Positions 1-11,248 of a DNA stretch of 64,000 bases are shown piece after piece. The first letter of the stretch is position 1, and each line of letters begins with the position of its first letter. The DNA is taken from positions 5,518,001 to 5,582,000 of the forward strand of contig NC_043024.1 in NCBI RefSeq assembly GCF_006345805.1, read 5' to 3'. Position numbers and translations under genes: made by a program. Under the pieces are notes generated by a model. It was not told the origin of the DNA. It saw only the letters and a list, made by a program, of their open reading frames with translations, and searched no databases. The DNA is from Octopus sinensis (lineage: Eukaryota).

Positions 1-340
1 TCATTGATGGAGATTTTCCTGAGCTGGGTACCCTTTCTTGTGACCAATCTTCACCCGTTTCCAAGCAAGGAAATATTTTCCTTGGTGAGACATATTTTAC
101 GCAGAGGACTGGAAGTGAACAACTGCACAAGTATGACGGTCATGATGGCCATTTACGAACATCACATAATATCTGGACAAGGGTATACACACACACATGT
201 ATGTTCAAAGATTTTCTTAAAGGAAATCTTTTACATTTTTTTCTCTACGTGTAAATGTTTGTAATTCCTATTAGGAAATGAAACACATGTAATGCTGAAT
301 AAATAATATCAAACTCTTCTCCGTTGTCTTTATGTGTTTT
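1..340 (+). other. 3' UTR / polyadenylation region of an upstream ZNF paralog whose CDS lies before the window
   Basis: Closely matches the sequence after each ZF exon (compare 4690-5020, 11655-11990); AATAAA at 298-303 preceded by TGTA. Confidence 0.75.
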
Positions 341-737
341 TTTCTAAGGTAAAAAGAAAATGGCTTCCATCTCACCCCACCCCGTTTTTTGGACCCGTAA
401 AAGGGTTTTGTAGCATATTAGGATGTCAGGGTAGTTGATTCCATGCAAAAAATCTAACATTTTAATTTTTTTCTTTGTGAAAATCATGCGGGAGTTAATA
501 TAGAAATTTACCATAATGTTATTTAGCCTCAAATCAAACCTGATACAGCAAACGTATCATCAAAGTCATTCCAGCCTTCAGCAAACTGTCTTTTGAGGGA
601 TAATCTAGGACATTACGTACAATGGGCATGTGATTTAGATAGGGAGTTACTTTGGCTGCTATTTTTAGCATGTCGAGCGACCAGGCAGGGGCTCTCTCAT
701 TGGTTCGGTTGCGTGAAGAGATTTTTTAACACATATA

Positions 738-1115
738 GGATCTTTTCGGTTTGAACGGCAGTTTTTTTAACATAATTTCTAGGTAACTAAAAAATTTTTA
801 ACTTCGTATACGGGTAGAATGTTTTTATAAAAGATCTTTTTCTCTTGGCTTTATTGAGAAAATTCTATACTTTGTAAGATATTTGTTGTTTTTTCTGCAA
901 TTTTAACCAATCAATGACGTCCATTGAGGTAAAAAAAAAAAATTCTGTGCCGTATGAATATGTCCCTCGTTTAAGAAACAGATTGGGTTTATTTACATTT
1001 GTGAAGAAAAAAAGATACCTTTCCTCCCAACCCGAAACCCTAAAACAGATTGAAATGCAATAGATCGATACTAGGGTCATAATCATGGGTGACAATTTCA
1101 TATGACACCGCTAGA
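738..1115. mobile_element. Non-autonomous DNA transposon (MITE), one end missing
   Basis: Starts with the TIR GGATCTTTTCGGTTTGAACGGCAGTTTT; the body is the reverse complement of the complete copy at 22807-23216; the second TIR is absent. Confidence 0.8.
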
Positions 1116-1127
1116 GTATAAAGACAA

Positions 1128-1430
1128 GACTTAGTTCCCCTTGTTAATTCTTCCTAATTTTGTTGCTCCGTATGCATGTGTATTGCTTGCTCAGTTGCAC
1201 TATACAACTGATATTTAAGAGAAAATCTAATTAAATAGACACATGATTGGTAATTAAGTGTCTAAAGAAACAGATGCAGCATTTTTTTTATTATGTTGAC
1301 CCTTTAAATATTAATATTCGTCGTAAAAATTCTCTTGAAGCTGTCACTGTCCACTCTAACTTTTCACTCATTCAACATATTCTCATATTTTCATCGTTGA
1401 CTCTCTCTGAATATATATTACTATGTAAGT
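1128..1430 (+). promoter_or_regulatory. Putative promoter and non-coding first exon of ZNF copy 1
   Basis: Module repeated upstream of copies 1-5; ATTGG at 1246-1250 (partner CCAAT mutated to CTAAT); conserved donor-like GTAAGT at 1425. Function inferred. Confidence 0.5.
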
Positions 1431-2484
1431 ATATTTCTATTGTATATGTATCATATTACGTACGTCTGTTTGTTTCGATGTGTTGAGTAAGTTACAAGAA
1501 AGAATCTCACTAAACAAAGACGAAATAGCGGAGGTAAAGGGCATGGACCGCACCTACCTTTCCCTAATTTTTTGGCGATGGAAACCCACTTTTTCAACTT
1601 CGGTGAGGCTGTTCTTTCAATACTTTCGTTGTGTTCTCCTTTACATTCAGATATTTCATTGCATCTTTCCTTATTTCCTATATTATTTGTTAACGTCAGA
1701 TGGATACCTTGTGTAGATAACTTTTCTCTTTCTTCCTCACATGTAAATTCCGCGGGAAAATTACGATGTAATTTCTAAGACATACGGAATGTATAAAAAT
1801 ACGAGTGTGCACTTGAAATACTGAAACGAAAAGTAAATATTGTATACAGAAGAAATGGAACGGATTTTATTTAAAACCTAGGAAGTCTTTATTTCCGGAG
1901 GTTCTTCTCCATCATTACAACTTACAATTAATATCTATTTTTCAAAGGAATCTTTCTTTAAGCACCCAATGTAACCGCTTATCACATTTTTATTTTGGGG
2001 GAATTTTCAGAAAATTTCTGCGTGTTTCTGCTGTACATTCAAGGATTGAAACGGTTATGAAACCAACAAAGAAGGGAAAAAACCGATTGAAGAGCAGTTT
2101 AGCTGTTATTTATGGCACACCCCACGACCACCTGATACCTTCCGAGTTTCTTTCTCACTCTTACGTGCTAATGTTTTTCAATATCTTTTTTCACATAAAC
2201 ACATTCAATGGTCCGTTGTTGGGATTTAAGGCATTATATATGAATTGCACTCTGTGTTTTTATGTTATTTTCAATTAATTACCTAAGTTATCCTTTTCTC
2301 TCTTCGTATTACATATATACTTAAATTCAAATTACGATGAACGTAAACAAAGAAACGAAGTTTGCTTTAGAAGCTTTGAGATGTCTTAGGAAGTTAAAGA
2401 AGTGATTTTAAATTCTCAAAGGCAGGATATTGCTAATAATATAGCCTGAACAGGATAAGCTACCCCTATTTTGCAGAAAAGTGT

Positions 2485-2537
2485 TGGCGGCCGGCTATGA
2501 GATTCGAACTCACACCTCCGTGATTACGCGTCGCTGT
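2485..2537 (-). pseudogene. 3' half of a tRNA-like sequence (Leu-like long variable arm) ending in encoded CCA
   Basis: Minus strand reads ...CACGGAGGTGTGAG-TTCGAAT-CTCAT-AGCCGGCCG-CCA, giving a T-arm with B-box and a terminal CCA; no 5' half or D-arm found. Confidence 0.45.
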
Positions 2538-3254
2538 ATTTTTCACTCACCACGATAATATTTCATTGCGATGTAAAAAGGAAGAGAAACATTAATTGTA
2601 ACGTGTAAGAATTTAAAAATAAAAAAATAAAAAAACGAGAATAATTTAATGTTAAAACTACATCATTTGCCCCCATTGAGAAGGATTGTCACCAATTTCC
2701 TTCTCCACCTCAACCAATAATTTTTCCTACATCAAAAATTCCCCACAAAAGATTTTGATGCTGTTAGTCATCCATACTGATTATTTACTGACTGTTATTC
2801 ATGTTTCATATAACACAGAATATTGACATTAAGCTGCCTGTATGTGTGTATTTATAAATGTACGGAAAGAGGCGGAGGTGTGATATCTCTTTTACGACAC
2901 ATGACTGAGATGAAAACATCAGATATCTAGTGTTATTGACATGTATATTGGTGTGTGTGTGTGTCTAGGACAAACGAAATGTCCAGGAGATGTTATTATA
3001 CTACATATGTCTACTCCCTGATATAAACTTCTTGAAAACAGAGATGGAATAAATATAATAGTTCAGATAAAGAATTACTTCTACAATTTATGAAAACAGA
3101 AATGTCGTAAATTTGCACTTTTGAATATCTGCCTTTTAAACATACTTGATATCTTATATTATTTTTTCTATTCTTTCAGAAAATCACATGAAATATTATT
3201 GAAAAGTTGTTGATCTGTACAACTTGAAGGATCGATTTTATTTTTCTTGAAGAG

Positions 3255-4115
3255 ATGTCGGAAGAATTAGGAAAATCATCATATGACTGTGACATCTGCA
3301 AAGAGTCATTCTTAGAAGAAAGTAAATTCAATCAACACAAACAAATTCATGAAGGGGAGAAATCATATCACTGTGATATCTGTGGTAAATCATTGTCTGA
3401 CAGGAGTAGCTTTGTTCGTCACAAACGTATTCATACAGGGGAGAAGCCATATCACTGTAACGTCTGTGGTAAATCATTCTCTCATGCTCATAGCTTAGCT
3501 ATTCACAAACAAATCCATACAGGGCAGAAACCATATCACTGTGACATCTGTGGTAAATCATTCTCTGATGGCAGTAGCTTAACCAAACACAAGCGTATTC
3601 ATACAGGGGAGAAACCATATCACTGTGATATCTGTGGTAAATCATTCTCTCAAATCAGCAGCTTAACGAATCACAAACGCATTCATACAGGAGAGAAACC
3701 ATATTCCTGGGATATCTGTGGTAAATCATTCTCTCATAGCAGTAGCTTAACTAGTCACAAATGCGTTCATATAGGAGAGAAACCATATTCCTGTGATATC
3801 TGTGGTAAATCATTCTCTGATGGCAGTAGGTTGACTCAACACACACGTATCCATACAGGGGAGAAGCCATATCACTGTGATATCTGTGGTAAATCATTCT
3901 CTTATAGCAGTAGCTTCACTAGTCACAAACGTATTCATACAGGTGAGAAACCATATCACTGTGATATCTGTGGAAGATCATTCTCTGAAAGCAGCGGCTT
4001 AACTCAACACAAGCGTATTCATACAGGGGAGAAACCATATCGCTGTGATATTTGTAGTAAATCATTCTCTCAGAACATTGGCTTAACTCAACACAAACGT
4101 ATTCATACAGGGTAG
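3255..4115 (+). CDS. C2H2 zinc-finger protein, copy 1 (286 aa, 10 finger units, finger 6 has C>W)
   Basis: Tandem C-x2-C-x12-H-x3-H units with TGEKPY linkers; acceptor TTCTTTCAG ending at 3179; ends at TAG where linkers have GAG, followed by decayed fingers. Confidence 0.9.
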   Translation: MSEELGKSSYDCDICKESFLEESKFNQHKQIHEGEKSYHCDICGKSLSDRSSFVRHKRIHTGEKPYHCNVCGKSFSHAHSLAIHKQIHTGQKPYHCDICGKSFSDGSSLTKHKRIHTGEKPYHCDICGKSFSQISSLTNHKRIHTGEKPYSWDICGKSFSHSSSLTSHKCVHIGEKPYSCDICGKSFSDGSRLTQHTRIHTGEKPYHCDICGKSFSYSSSFTSHKRIHTGEKPYHCDICGRSFSESSGLTQHKRIHTGEKPYRCDICSKSFSQNIGLTQHKRIHTG

Positions 4116-4982
4116 AAACCATACCCCTGTGATATATATGGTAAGATGTTCTCTGGAAACAGTCACTTAACTATACACAAATGCATTCACACTCAAGAAA
4201 AATCAATTCACAGTGATATCTCTGGCAAATCATTTACACAAAATCATTCCTGATTTAAACAGAAGTCTTTCCTTATGAAGTGGGTCCATAACACAGTGAT
4301 ATTTGTTGTATAATATTTCCTCAGAAGGACAAAGGACGTATCTCAAAGACATCCACAGAATATAGAAACTATATGAATGCGACATCTATGGTAAATCTTT
4401 GACATGAAATCATCCATTATTGAATCAAAAGAGCATTGACAGAGGAAGGAAAACATATGACTGTGATGTTAAACCTGAATCATTCTTTCAAAATGGTGAA
4501 TTGTTTGTACACAGTCCTATTAATATGAAAGATATAACTGTAACCTAAGCTATTTGTGCTAAATCAATCTACGAAAATGGATCAATTATTGAAATGTAAA
4601 TGCATTCATACAGAAGAGGAACTATATCACTACATTGATGATAATCATCATCATTTAAAATTCAGTTATTCATGCTTCTGTCTATCACATGGGACTTCAT
4701 TGATGGAGATTTTCTTCACCCGGGTACCTTTCCTGTTGCCAATCCCCATATGTTTCCAAGCAAGGAAACGTTTTCTATGGTGAGACGTATGTAAATGAAC
4801 AACTGCACAAGTATGACGGTCATGATGGCCATTTTCGGACATCACATAATATCTGGACAAGGGTACACACACACATATGTATATCTGGAGAATTTTTTAT
4901 AGGAAATATTTTACATGTTTTCTCTTCATCTAAAAGTTTGTGATTCCTATTAGGAAATGAAACACATGTAATGCTGAATAAA
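4116..4982 (+). other. Decayed zinc-finger repeats forming the 3' UTR, with polyA signal
   Basis: Degenerate TGTGATAT/GGTAAATC/CATAC motifs at roughly 84-bp spacing; AATAAA at 4977-4982. Equivalent signals at 11955, 18905, 26318, 32146 and 56386. Confidence 0.7.
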
Positions 4983-5784
4983 TAATATCAAACTTTTATC
5001 TGGTCTCCTTATGTGATTTGTAATTACTCTGCAAAAAATAACCAAACCTGATGCAAAAATGATATGTGTATATATCCTCGTTTTTTTCTGTGTCCCTTTC
5101 TGTAGAAGAGCATAGGCTCGAAACGTAAAAGACTTTTTCAATTCCTGAGCATTATACTAATACATCTGTTTTTTTTTTCGTAAACTCTCCCTATATATAT
5201 ATATATATATATATGTATAACCAGCTTCTCTCTTTCCAACTGGTATACTTTTGTTATGTAGTGGAGTAGGCATGAGAGAAATGGAGGAGTGAAGAAGAAG
5301 TAGAGAAAGGTGATCTTATAATAATTCTGCTTGTCGTTATGTTACTTAGCCTGTCAATAACACTTTCAGCTATTAGAGAAAAAAAAGAGGATAAGGTTAG
5401 GAATGAGGTGGGAAGAGGAAGAAAAGACTCAGAAAGAAGTGTGCAAATCCTTCCTGTCTTTCCTAAAGGGAGCAGGGCTGATGAAGTGCACGCATGCCTT
5501 AAGTCATCTATGTTGTGGCCCCAGGTTAAGACCTTAAGCCTAATCACAAACATGCATGCACACTTGCTTGGGGATAGAATGTCTGCAGCATTTGCTGAAG
5601 AAATTTTAGCCCTTGGAGAAGGCAAGGTCCCTAGGAATGATAGGGGCAACATATCAGTCTATGAACTGTGCAACTCCGTGAACAACCCTTCCGGTCTTTT
5701 GGAAACTGTTTTCCAATCTGGAAAGTAATTATGCGGACATCAATTGGCTCAGTGAATGAACCATCCTGGCCCCCCCCAAAACAT

Positions 5785-6253
5785 AGGTGTCAGTGCTATC
5801 AATGACCAGCTCATATGATGAATTCCAGGTGAGGAGTACATCTACAAATCAATTGACTGGATGTCTGACCCCCAAGGCATTGTCATTTACCCTATCGAGT
5901 TTCTCAACTCATTGGAGCCAGCAGGGTTTCCACCTCACGTCCTTAGGCTAAGGGTTGGATGCCCAATTAGGCTAATCAGAAACTTACTTCCGCCTAAACA
6001 GTGCAACAGGATCCGCTTAGTAATCAAGTCCCTGACGCCCCACTTGATTGAGGCCACCATTGTAACAGGGTGCAGGAGGGGTGAAAATGTTTTCATTTCA
6101 AGGATGCAGCTTTATCCCCCACGGTCAGACATGCCGGTCAAGTTCTGCAGATTGCAATATCCGGTGAGACCAGGCTTCACCATGTCCATCAACAAATCCC
6201 AAGGCCAAACGCCATTGGTAGCAGGCATCGATTTGGGGTTTTCCATTCAATGA
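5785..6253 (+). mobile_element. Helitron Pif1-like helicase fragment (pseudogene)
   Basis: Translation YPIEFLNSLEPAGFPPHVLRLRVGCPIRLIRNL...RLQYPVRPGFTMSINKSQGQT matches the C-terminal Pif1/Helitron helicase motifs. Confidence 0.85.
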
Positions 6254-6254
6254 G

Positions 6255-6560
6255 GATAAATAATTGATAAACTAATTCCTTATAGGGTTTCTGCTAAAAT
6301 TGGCTACACCCCATTCTCAACCATAACTTTTAACAAGTTCTCAAAAAAAAGCCGATGAGTGGAAATAATCGATAAACTGATTCCTTATGGTATTTCCCAT
6401 TCAAATTGCCTGCAATTCCACTTTCAGCCAAACTTTTGCCAATTTCAGCAGATTTCGCTCGAATGTGATGTCATTGTCACTTATTTTGGTTTGAAATAAA
6501 TCACTTCATAACTTAATGATCCGAATTTAATACCGAGCAACGCCGGGTTATACTGCTACT
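6255..6560 (+). mobile_element. Helitron 3' terminal region
   Basis: CCGAGCAACGCCGGG imperfect hairpin at 6533-6547, followed by a degenerate CTAG-like end (GCTACT); same strand as and downstream of the helicase fragment. Confidence 0.55.
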
Positions 6561-6595
6561 CATATATCAGTAAAGCCGTTAATATTTAAAGAATG

Positions 6596-6886
6596 GAGTT
6601 AGTTCCCCTTGTTAACTCTTCCCAATTTTGCTTCTTCCTCCTGTTTCTCACTCACCTTGATTGTTTGATCAGTTCCACTTGACAACTGATATTTAAGAGA
6701 AAATCCAATCAAATATATACAAATGATTGGTAATTAAATGTCTAAAGAAGCAGATACGATATTTTTATTATGTCGACTTGCAAAATATGAAGTAACGTTC
6801 GTTGGAAAAAGGAAGAAATTCTCTTGAAGCTGTCAGTGTCCGCTCTGACTCGTTGACTCTCTCTTTATATCAATTACTATGTAAGT
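6596..6886 (+). promoter_or_regulatory. Putative promoter and first exon of ZNF copy 2
   Basis: Inverted CCAATCA (6705) / TGATTGG (6724) pair, Inr-like TCAGT at 6833, donor GTAAGT at 6881. Confidence 0.55.
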
Positions 6887-7435
6887 ATTATAAAGACATT
6901 TCTGTTGTATTAAGTATCATATTACGTACATCTGTTTGTTTCCATGCATTGAATAAGTTAAAAGAAAGAATCTCAATAAACAAAGACGAAATTATATGAA
7001 AGTAAGGCTGTTCTTTTAATAATTACGATGTAATTTGTAAGAAAAGATGGGGAATGTATAAAAGTACGAATGTGCACTTGAATTACTGAAACGAAAAGGC
7101 AATATCGTATACAGACGAAATGAAAGGGCTTTGAATTGAAACTCTAGAAAGTACCTAATTTGACCAAAAATAAATATAAAAACCCGTTTATATAATCATT
7201 TACTCGAAAATTAGTAGTGAAGATATAAAAAAATGGTAAAAATATATCGACACGACATATAAAATGAAGGCTACACCTTGTTTAAAAACTATCGCCTTGT
7301 AAAATTTAGTTTACTCAAATCAGTCACCAATAATTTAATTTTCCATGCTTGAAGCATTATAAACATTTTTATGTCCATTAAAATATATAGGCATTATAAT
7401 AATAATAATCAAATATCACTGAGAATGGTTTTAAG

Positions 7436-8846
7436 GGTTAAACTAAAGCGTTACGCCATTCAGAGAATTAAAAAAAAAGTGTGTGTAATATGTGTAAAAC
7501 AACTTGCTCTAAACGAATATGACAAAAAAAAAATGCGCGCTCGCGAAAGTGGGGTGGGGGAGAGGCTTCGGAAATTTCACATCTTCAGTCCACGGCCTTT
7601 AAACTAAGAAAAAATAGTGTAATTGGTGTAAAACTACTTGTTCTAAACGAGTATCAAGAACACACACTCACACATGAATCATAAACTCCGTATTTTTGTA
7701 CATATTTCACAAAAAAAAAAATAAAGAGAAGAAATTCTGGAAAAAGTGAAGAAATGTTGGATCACCGCCATGTGAATCAAAATACGTGTCAGAAACATCT
7801 TGAAATACTACAGAAATTATGTTACGAAAATGATAATGTATACATACCTCTTTGAGTGGTCCATCGACAGTGTTGATAAAGAAATGAGATGGGTTGCGTT
7901 TGGAGGAAAAAATTATCTCGGGCCAGGATAAAGACTTGCTGCCAATAAGAATACGTGTATTCTCTTGGCAGCAGGTTTGATGCTTTCCATAAATAGGAAC
8001 TTGGCGAGGTATTGTTTTAAGTAACAGGCACGAATGCCTGGGCGAACAACCGATCTCGTAACTGACCCCCACAATCTCTCTATCGTCTGTGTGTGCACCG
8101 ACGCGTTTGTCGGATCAACAAAGTTTTCACTGTGGTTGATGCGGAAGTGGGTATACCCGAGATTTCCAAGAGAGTTATACGCAGCCCAAGAATCGCTATA
8201 TACTACCGACCCTTGGCGTATATATCGGTTGTTTACAAGTGCCATTCTCTATCATACAACTTAACGCTTGTGTATCTACGACTGAAATGAATAAGAACTT
8301 GTTCTGTACCAAGGAGCGGGAAATCCTCCACACCAGAAGATGGGATGAGTAAACACTGGTCAATGAAAGGTCAGTCTTTTGTCTAAGAACAGTTGTTTAC
8401 AAGACGATTGTTGGTACCAAGTTCTATTCAAGTCCAGGCCCATAAGGACAGTTGTCCTTAAGGACATTTGATAAGGCATTTGATAAGATAATTTTTTCCT
8501 CCAAACGCAACCCATCTCATTTCTTTATCATCACTGTCGATGGACCACTCAAAGAGGGGTGGGGGAGAGCCCCACCCCCTTTCGCGAGCGCGCATTTTTT
8601 TTATCATATTCGTTTAGAGCAAGTTGTTTTACACATATTACACTATTTTTTTTTTGTTTTGGTGCCCGGGTTAGCCCCTCAGACGCTTTCGGAAATTCCC
8701 GATGTGAATTTTCCGAGGCCTCTCCTCCACCCCCCTTTCGCGTGCGGGCATTTTTTTTTTTCATATTCGTTCATAGGAAGTTGTTTTACACCTATTACAC
8801 ACATTTTTTTTTGATTCTCTGAATGGCGTAACGCTTTAGTTTAACC
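7436..8846 (-). mobile_element. Merlin (IS1016/ISXO2-like) DNA transposon, internally deleted
   Basis: TIRs of about 145 bp (first 33 bp perfect, GG...CC termini); 8-bp TSD GTTTTAAG at 7428-7435 and 8847-8854; empty site GAATGGTTTTAAGTGTGG in the paralogous unit near 29051. Confidence 0.92.
7913..8245 (-). pseudogene. Merlin DDE transposase C-terminal fragment
   Basis: IRQGSVVYSDSWAAYNSLGNLGYTHFRINHSENFVDP...HTQTIERLW is the IS1595/ISXO2-family motif; the N-terminus is missing or disrupted. Confidence 0.85.
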
Positions 8847-9243
8847 GTTTTAAGTGTGGTTTCACATTTTTATAATTAGGAAATACAAAACCGAATTAAG
8901 AGGAAGCATTATCTTAATTGAGTCATATGTCGTTTTAAAAAAGAACATAATAAATCCCTGCTATTTCTAGCATGCAAAGTGACTGCATACAGCATGGGTT
9001 ACCTTTGAGTTTGTTCACTCTTTTCAACAAACTCCCCTCCACACACACACACTCTTGACCCATTTTGGCCCTTCTTTTCTCCAGACTGATTCTGGCACTC
9101 GAAAAACAGGGGAGAAATCCTTTCGGTTAAGAAAAACAATTTTATGTTTTCAGAGGAGAAAGTGTTTGATATAAGGGCGATTTAGCTTCACCAACTGAAA
9201 GAGTGCAAATGAAAGGTAGTTTGGAATCTGCTACAGTGGCACC

Positions 9244-9456
9244 AGCTTAACGCAACACGAACGTATTAATTTAGAGGAGAAACCATATCACTGTAATATC
9301 TGTGGCAAGTCATTCTATCGAATACGTAACTTCACTACTCACACAAGAGTTCATAGAGGGAAGAGGCCATATCACTGTGACATCATTGGTGAATCATTCT
9401 CTGTTAGTAGTTGCCTAACTAGACCCAAGCATACTCAGACAATGGAGAAAACCTCC
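9244..9456 (+). pseudogene. Relic of two C2H2 fingers inside the intron of copy 2
   Basis: Translates as EKPYHCNICGKSFYRIRNFTTHTRVHRGKRPYHCDIIGESFSVSSCLTRPKHTQTMEKTS, matching the last two fingers and tail of copy 5. Confidence 0.8.
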
Positions 9457-9955
9457 TTCAGATGAAAACATCAGCTGTCTAGTATCATTGACATGTATAT
9501 TGGTATGTGTGTGTGGCTAGGACAGACTTAATGTCCAGGAGATGTTGTTATAAGAGATGTGTCTACTCCCTGATACAAGCCTCTTGAAAATAGATGGGAT
9601 AAATATAATAGTTCAGATGAAGGATTACTTCTACAATTTATGAAAACAGAATTGTCGTAAATTTGCACTTTTGACAGAATTAATGTCCAGGAGGTGTTAT
9701 TACGATAGATATGTCTGTGATATAAACCTCTTGAAAATAGAGAGATGGAATAAATTTAATAGTTCAGATAAAGAATTACTTCTACAATTTATGAAAACGG
9801 AAATGTCGTAAATTTGCACTTTTGAATATCTGCCTTTTAAACATACTTGATGTCTTATATTATTTTTTCTATTCTTTCAGAAAATCACATGAAATATTAT
9901 TGAAAAGTTGTTGATCTGTACACCTTGAAGGATTGATTTTATTTTTCTTGAAGAG

Positions 9956-11248
9956 ATGTCGGAAGAATTAGGAATATCATCATATGACTGTGACATCTGC
10001 AAAGAGTCATTCTTAGAAGAAAGTAAATTCAATCAACACAAACAAATCCATGCAGGGGAACAACAATATCACTGTGATATCTGTGGTAAATCATTCTTAA
10101 ATGGCAGTCACTTAACTCGGCACAAACGTATTCATACAGGAGAGAAACCATATCACTGCGATATCTGTGGTAAATCTTTCCCTGAAAACTGTAACTTAAC
10201 TAAACACAAGCGTATTCATACAGGGGAGAAACCATTTCCTTGTGATATATGTGGTAAATCTTTCCCTGAAAACAGTGGCTTGACTAAACACAGGCGTATT
10301 CATACAGGGGAGAAGCCATATTCCTGTGATATCTGTTGTAAATCATTCTCCAATGACAGTCACTTAACTCGACACATACGTACTCATACAGGAGAAAGAC
10401 CTTATCCCTGCGATATCTGTAGTAAATCATTTTCTGATGACAGCAGCTTAACTAAACATAAGCGTATTCATACAGGGGAGAAACCATTTCCTTGTGATAT
10501 CTGTGGTAAATCTTTCACTGAAAACAGTGGCTTAACCAAACACAAACGGATTCATACAGGGGAGAAGCCATATACCTGTAGTATCTGTGGTAAATCATTC
10601 TCTCATGACAGTCACTTAATTCGACACATACGTATTCACACAGGAGAGAAGCCTTATCCCTGTGATATTTGTAGTAAATCATTTTCTGATGACAGTAGCT
10701 TAATTAAGCACAAACGTATCCATACAGGGGAGAAACCATATCGATGTGATTTATGTGGTAAATCTTTCACTGAAAAGAGTGGCTTAACTAAACACAAGCG
10801 TATTCATACAGGTGAGAAACGATTTCACTCTGATATCTCTGGTGAATCATTCTCTCATAGCTTAGATATTTACAAACAAATCCATACAGGGGACAAAGAA
10901 TACCACTGTGATATCTGTGGCAAATCATTCAGTCAGGCAGTTTACTTAACCAGACACAAGCGTATTCATACAGGTGAGCAACCATATCGCTGTGATATCT
11001 GTGGCAAATCATTCAGTCAGACAGCTAACTTAACGACACACAAACGTGTTCATACAGGTGAGCAACCATATCACTGCGATATCTGTGGGAAGTCGTTTTC
11101 TAAAAAGGGTATCTTAAGTACACACATACTTACTCATACTGGGCTAAAACCATATCATTGTGATATCTGCAGTAAATCATTCACACAAAAACATCACTTA
11201 ATTAGACACAAGTGTATTTGTTATGCAAAGGACCCAATTGTTGTATAA
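9956..11248 (+). CDS. C2H2 zinc-finger protein, copy 2 (430 aa, 15 units; unit 11 degenerate, last unit H-x3-C)
   Basis: Uninterrupted ORF; acceptor AG at 9879-9880; same N-terminus as the other copies ([24 protein letters not shown]). Confidence 0.93.
   Translation: MSEELGISSYDCDICKESFLEESKFNQHKQIHAGEQQYHCDICGKSFLNGSHLTRHKRIHTGEKPYHCDICGKSFPENCNLTKHKRIHTGEKPFPCDICGKSFPENSGLTKHRRIHTGEKPYSCDICCKSFSNDSHLTRHIRTHTGERPYPCDICSKSFSDDSSLTKHKRIHTGEKPFPCDICGKSFTENSGLTKHKRIHTGEKPYTCSICGKSFSHDSHLIRHIRIHTGEKPYPCDICSKSFSDDSSLIKHKRIHTGEKPYRCDLCGKSFTEKSGLTKHKRIHTGEKRFHSDISGESFSHSLDIYKQIHTGDKEYHCDICGKSFSQAVYLTRHKRIHTGEQPYRCDICGKSFSQTANLTTHKRVHTGEQPYHCDICGKSFSKKGILSTHILTHTGLKPYHCDICSKSFTQKHHLIRHKCICYAKDPIVV

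Noticed and set aside
4113-4253. A-to-I read-through of the copy 1 TAG
   Set aside because: Read-through would add only a finger lacking its second Cys (CDIY) before another stop; no evidence of editing in DNA.
5254-5728. Overlapping 129- and 132-aa ORFs
   Set aside because: Purine-rich spacer with loosely similar sequence downstream of other copies; no domain and no conserved frame.
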